The notes beneath the pieces are model-generated. The model did not search any database. It had not been told where the DNA came from and saw only the letters and a list, made by a program, of their open reading frames with translations. Positions 61,265-64,000 of a stretch of DNA of 64,000 bases are shown here, one piece after another. Source of the DNA: Lepidodermella squamata (lineage: Eukaryota; Animalia; Gastrotricha); assembly GCA_047495785.1 (NCBI GenBank), contig JBLDXI010000028.1:1178001-1242000 (forward strand), read 5' to 3'. The first letter of the stretch is position 1. Every line of letters starts with the position of its first letter. Both the position numbers and the translations under genes were made by a program.

Positions 61265-63391
61265 ATTTCGTAGAAATATTCGAAAAACGACATTTGGCTT
61301 ATCTAAAATTAGGTTCCGCAATATGCAGATATATGGAACTAATGAAGGGACCGGACTAAATCCAACTTCAAACTTCAAAATATCTATGAAATTTCTTCGG
61401 AAAATTTAGTGCAACAGCAAAAATATCAGATTATCTGAGCGACGGCAAAAATTGCTGGAAAATTATTCATCACTTCTGCTCAGCCATCAATTCATCGCCT
61501 CGAAATCTCCCAGTAGTTCTTCAAGACCAATAATTTTTCAACAATTTTTATTGCTCGTCTCAAATTTGTACATGAAATTGCGTGATATTTTGTGCGAAAA
61601 GGAATTCAATTATTAGTAAGTAACGCAATCAATTATTCGAAAAAACTACGATTTTAAGCGTTATTTTTTGCAATCGCTGCCGCTCGGGTACCTCTTTACT
61701 TTAGCTAAGAAGGATGATCTTTAGGTCGGATGGAGATATTTACCGTAACTTCCTTCTTGAGGTCCGAAGCGTACTCGAAAACCGCGCCAACCGTGTTGTC
61801 GATGAGTTCGCGAGCCGTTGCGATAGCCGCCAGTCGAGAAGCCTTCAGCCAGTGGTAAGAGTCGACGATCAGTCCGGTGGTTGCCTCGAAGTTGCGCGAA
61901 GTCTGAGCCCAGAGCGGTTCGAAACGGGTGCGGAGCGGGGTGACAAGGTCAGCGGTCGGAAGTCCAGAGTAGGTCGGCAGGTGGTTGGCGATCGAAGCAG
62001 TCGAGTCCGAGTAGGTCTGGCGCACGCGGGCCAGCGTCGAACTGGCGACGGCCCACAGTTGTTCGTAGCGCTGCTGCAGGCCGTACTGCGCCCACAGCGA
62101 GTCGAGGTAATGCCGGGCCGACGGCGGCAGCATCGCCGGCACGTCGGTGCGCAACTTGCGCGCCTTGTCGCCGGCCAGCTCCACTGCGTTGTGGTATTTG
62201 TTCGCTAGCATGTCACGACCGGCTTTCACTGTCTCCGCTGGAGCAGTATACAGCTAGAATATAATAGAAATTTTAATGAAATTAATTAAAACATGAAATC
62301 ATAAATTTAATTTCATTAGAAATATTTTTGGGCGAAATAATTCTTTGGGACTGGGCGCATACTATAAATTATAAATTTAACAGAAATTTAGAACTAAAAA
62401 ATTTCCTAAGGAAGGATTTAGATCTTTAATTTCCTGAATTTGATGAATTCAAATAAAATTCTAAAATTTTCGAAATTTGGTTTAGCTGGTTAAGGTAGCC
62501 CAATTTTCTAAAAAATCGCCATAGCATCGATTTGAATTAAAGCCGTTCAATAGATTCAAAATCTAAGGTAACAATCGATCAACAAATTTTTAGAGGGAAG
62601 CATAGTTTCGATGGATAAGCCTAAAATCAGCAAATGATACAATAAGACCGCCTAAATTTTAGAGAAACTAGGCCATAAAAACTAAGACATGCCCAGCATG
62701 TAAGCATTTAGGCCGATGAGATAATAATCGACCAATCTACAGTCAAGATAAAATTAGGATAATTTCTTTCATGCTTCATTCCAGCCAATTTCTAAATATT
62801 TTTCAATTTAAAAAAAGAGAAAATGAAGTTTGAAAATTATACAAATGAATTTTTGAAGCTTGAAACTTGTTTAAAATAAAATAAAATTTTATAATAATTT
62901 ACCTGGGACTTGGTTTGGACAGCACGGTGGCGGACGGTTTCAACAGCCTCATTGACGCGTTTTCGAGTTTCCTGGGTAAGTTCCTCCGGGGTCTTAGAGA
63001 CAACCGGGGCACAGTAATCAATCAGCTTCTTCACAACTCGCTCGTTTGCAAACTGATCAACCTTCTCAACTTGATTAAAGAAAAAGAAAAAACTCGATTA
63101 ACCAATTATTATTCCAAAAAATCATCGACCACCTACTTTGAGGTTGGTACTTTTGCAGAAGAGGAACAGCAATGGCCTGGGCCTTGGTAACATTGCTCTC
63201 GACGGTGGTCAACAGCGAGTCGGCCAGAGGGTACGAGGCCTTCACGTCCTTGTAGTACGAGTACAACTTGCTCGAAGTCGCGTTGACTAAAGGCAACGCG
63301 GTTAGAGACGACACAACCTAAAACGAAAACAACAACACGCCTAAAATAACCCAATAAACCAGGACGCGGTTCGCTTTACCTGTAGATCCAT
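60392..63391 (-). CDS. Perilipin (PAT family) lipid-droplet protein
   Basis: Exons 63391-63380, 63317-63137, 63069-62903, 62253-61744, 60694-60392; VV..LPLVN..YSYYKDVKASYP..VE..AVPLLQKYQPQIEKVD PAT pattern. Confidence 0.8.
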
Positions 63392-64000
63392 GCCAAAAAC
63401 AGCCGGTCAGCAGTGGTCTTTTTGTTATGGTAAGTAGATAAAAATTATATAAAAGCCGCTCTATATTAGGAGATGATGACAAGTTGATCAGAGGATGAAT
63501 AAAGGAAAAAAATTTAACAAGCTCTGTTCGAGCGAAAAAAAGCTCGAATGAATCGAACACGCGTCTCACAAAATCGCGCTACGGCACGCGACTCGTTTTG
63601 ATCAAAGCCAAATCGCAACGCGTAACAATGGAAAATCGGGAAAAAAATCGAAGCCAAATTTAACTCAAGCTATTGAGGTAAATGTTTGCCCGAAATTGAA
63701 AGCGAAGAAGTGACTACGTGGCATTTCCTAACTAAAGGCCCTATATATAAGCCGGTAGCCTTGAATCAGGGAGCAAGGGGCGAAGTCCAAAGGGCGAAGT
63801 GTCAAGTTTATTCACTCACTTTTACGGCCACACATTGAATAGCACATGTTTTCGTAATATTATTTGTATACAGATAACACAACACAGAACACGAGGGCCA
63901 AAGTACATAGCAGTATAAAGGAGGAAAAAACGTGCCGGTTAGCTTTTGCGCAATAACAAATAAAACCGGTTTACAAATGAAAACTGGGATTTTTCGAGGA

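Overview
Eukaryotic (invertebrate animal) genomic DNA with short AT-rich introns and TTTCAG/TTTTAG acceptors. It looks nematode-like, but that is inference only. The first 16 kb is rich in transposable elements: RTE-like and CR1-like LINE fragments and Tc2/pogo-like MITEs, nested in and around a secreted Cys-repeat/EGF/C-type-lectin gene and a convergent, disrupted Cys-repeat paralog. Then follow two tandem GH16 beta-1,3-glucan recognition/glucanase genes (one with CBM39), an intron-bearing NmrA/HSCARG gene that looks bacterial, a phospholipase C-gamma, and a stand-alone SH2 gene resembling that PLC-gamma's N-SH2. The rest holds a SAM-like gene, a CUB-CUB serine-protease homolog lacking the catalytic Ser motif, a PAN/apple peptide, an echinoid-like 7Ig-2FN3 receptor with an extra upstream Ig module, and a perilipin. 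The most unusual observations are: (i) a DNA transposon carrying two inward-facing tRNA-like Pol III units whose arms are homogenised within each copy and whose spacer is flipped between copies; (ii) the SH2-only protein; (iii) a LINE whose ORF1 and ATG-less ORF2 are in frame across one TAG; (iv) the candidate horizontally transferred NmrA gene; (v) a possibly new four-cysteine repeat; (vi) long inverted repeats with no mismatch I could see, one overlapping a promoter region and one a terminal exon. All exon models and family calls were made by eye; no database searches were run.
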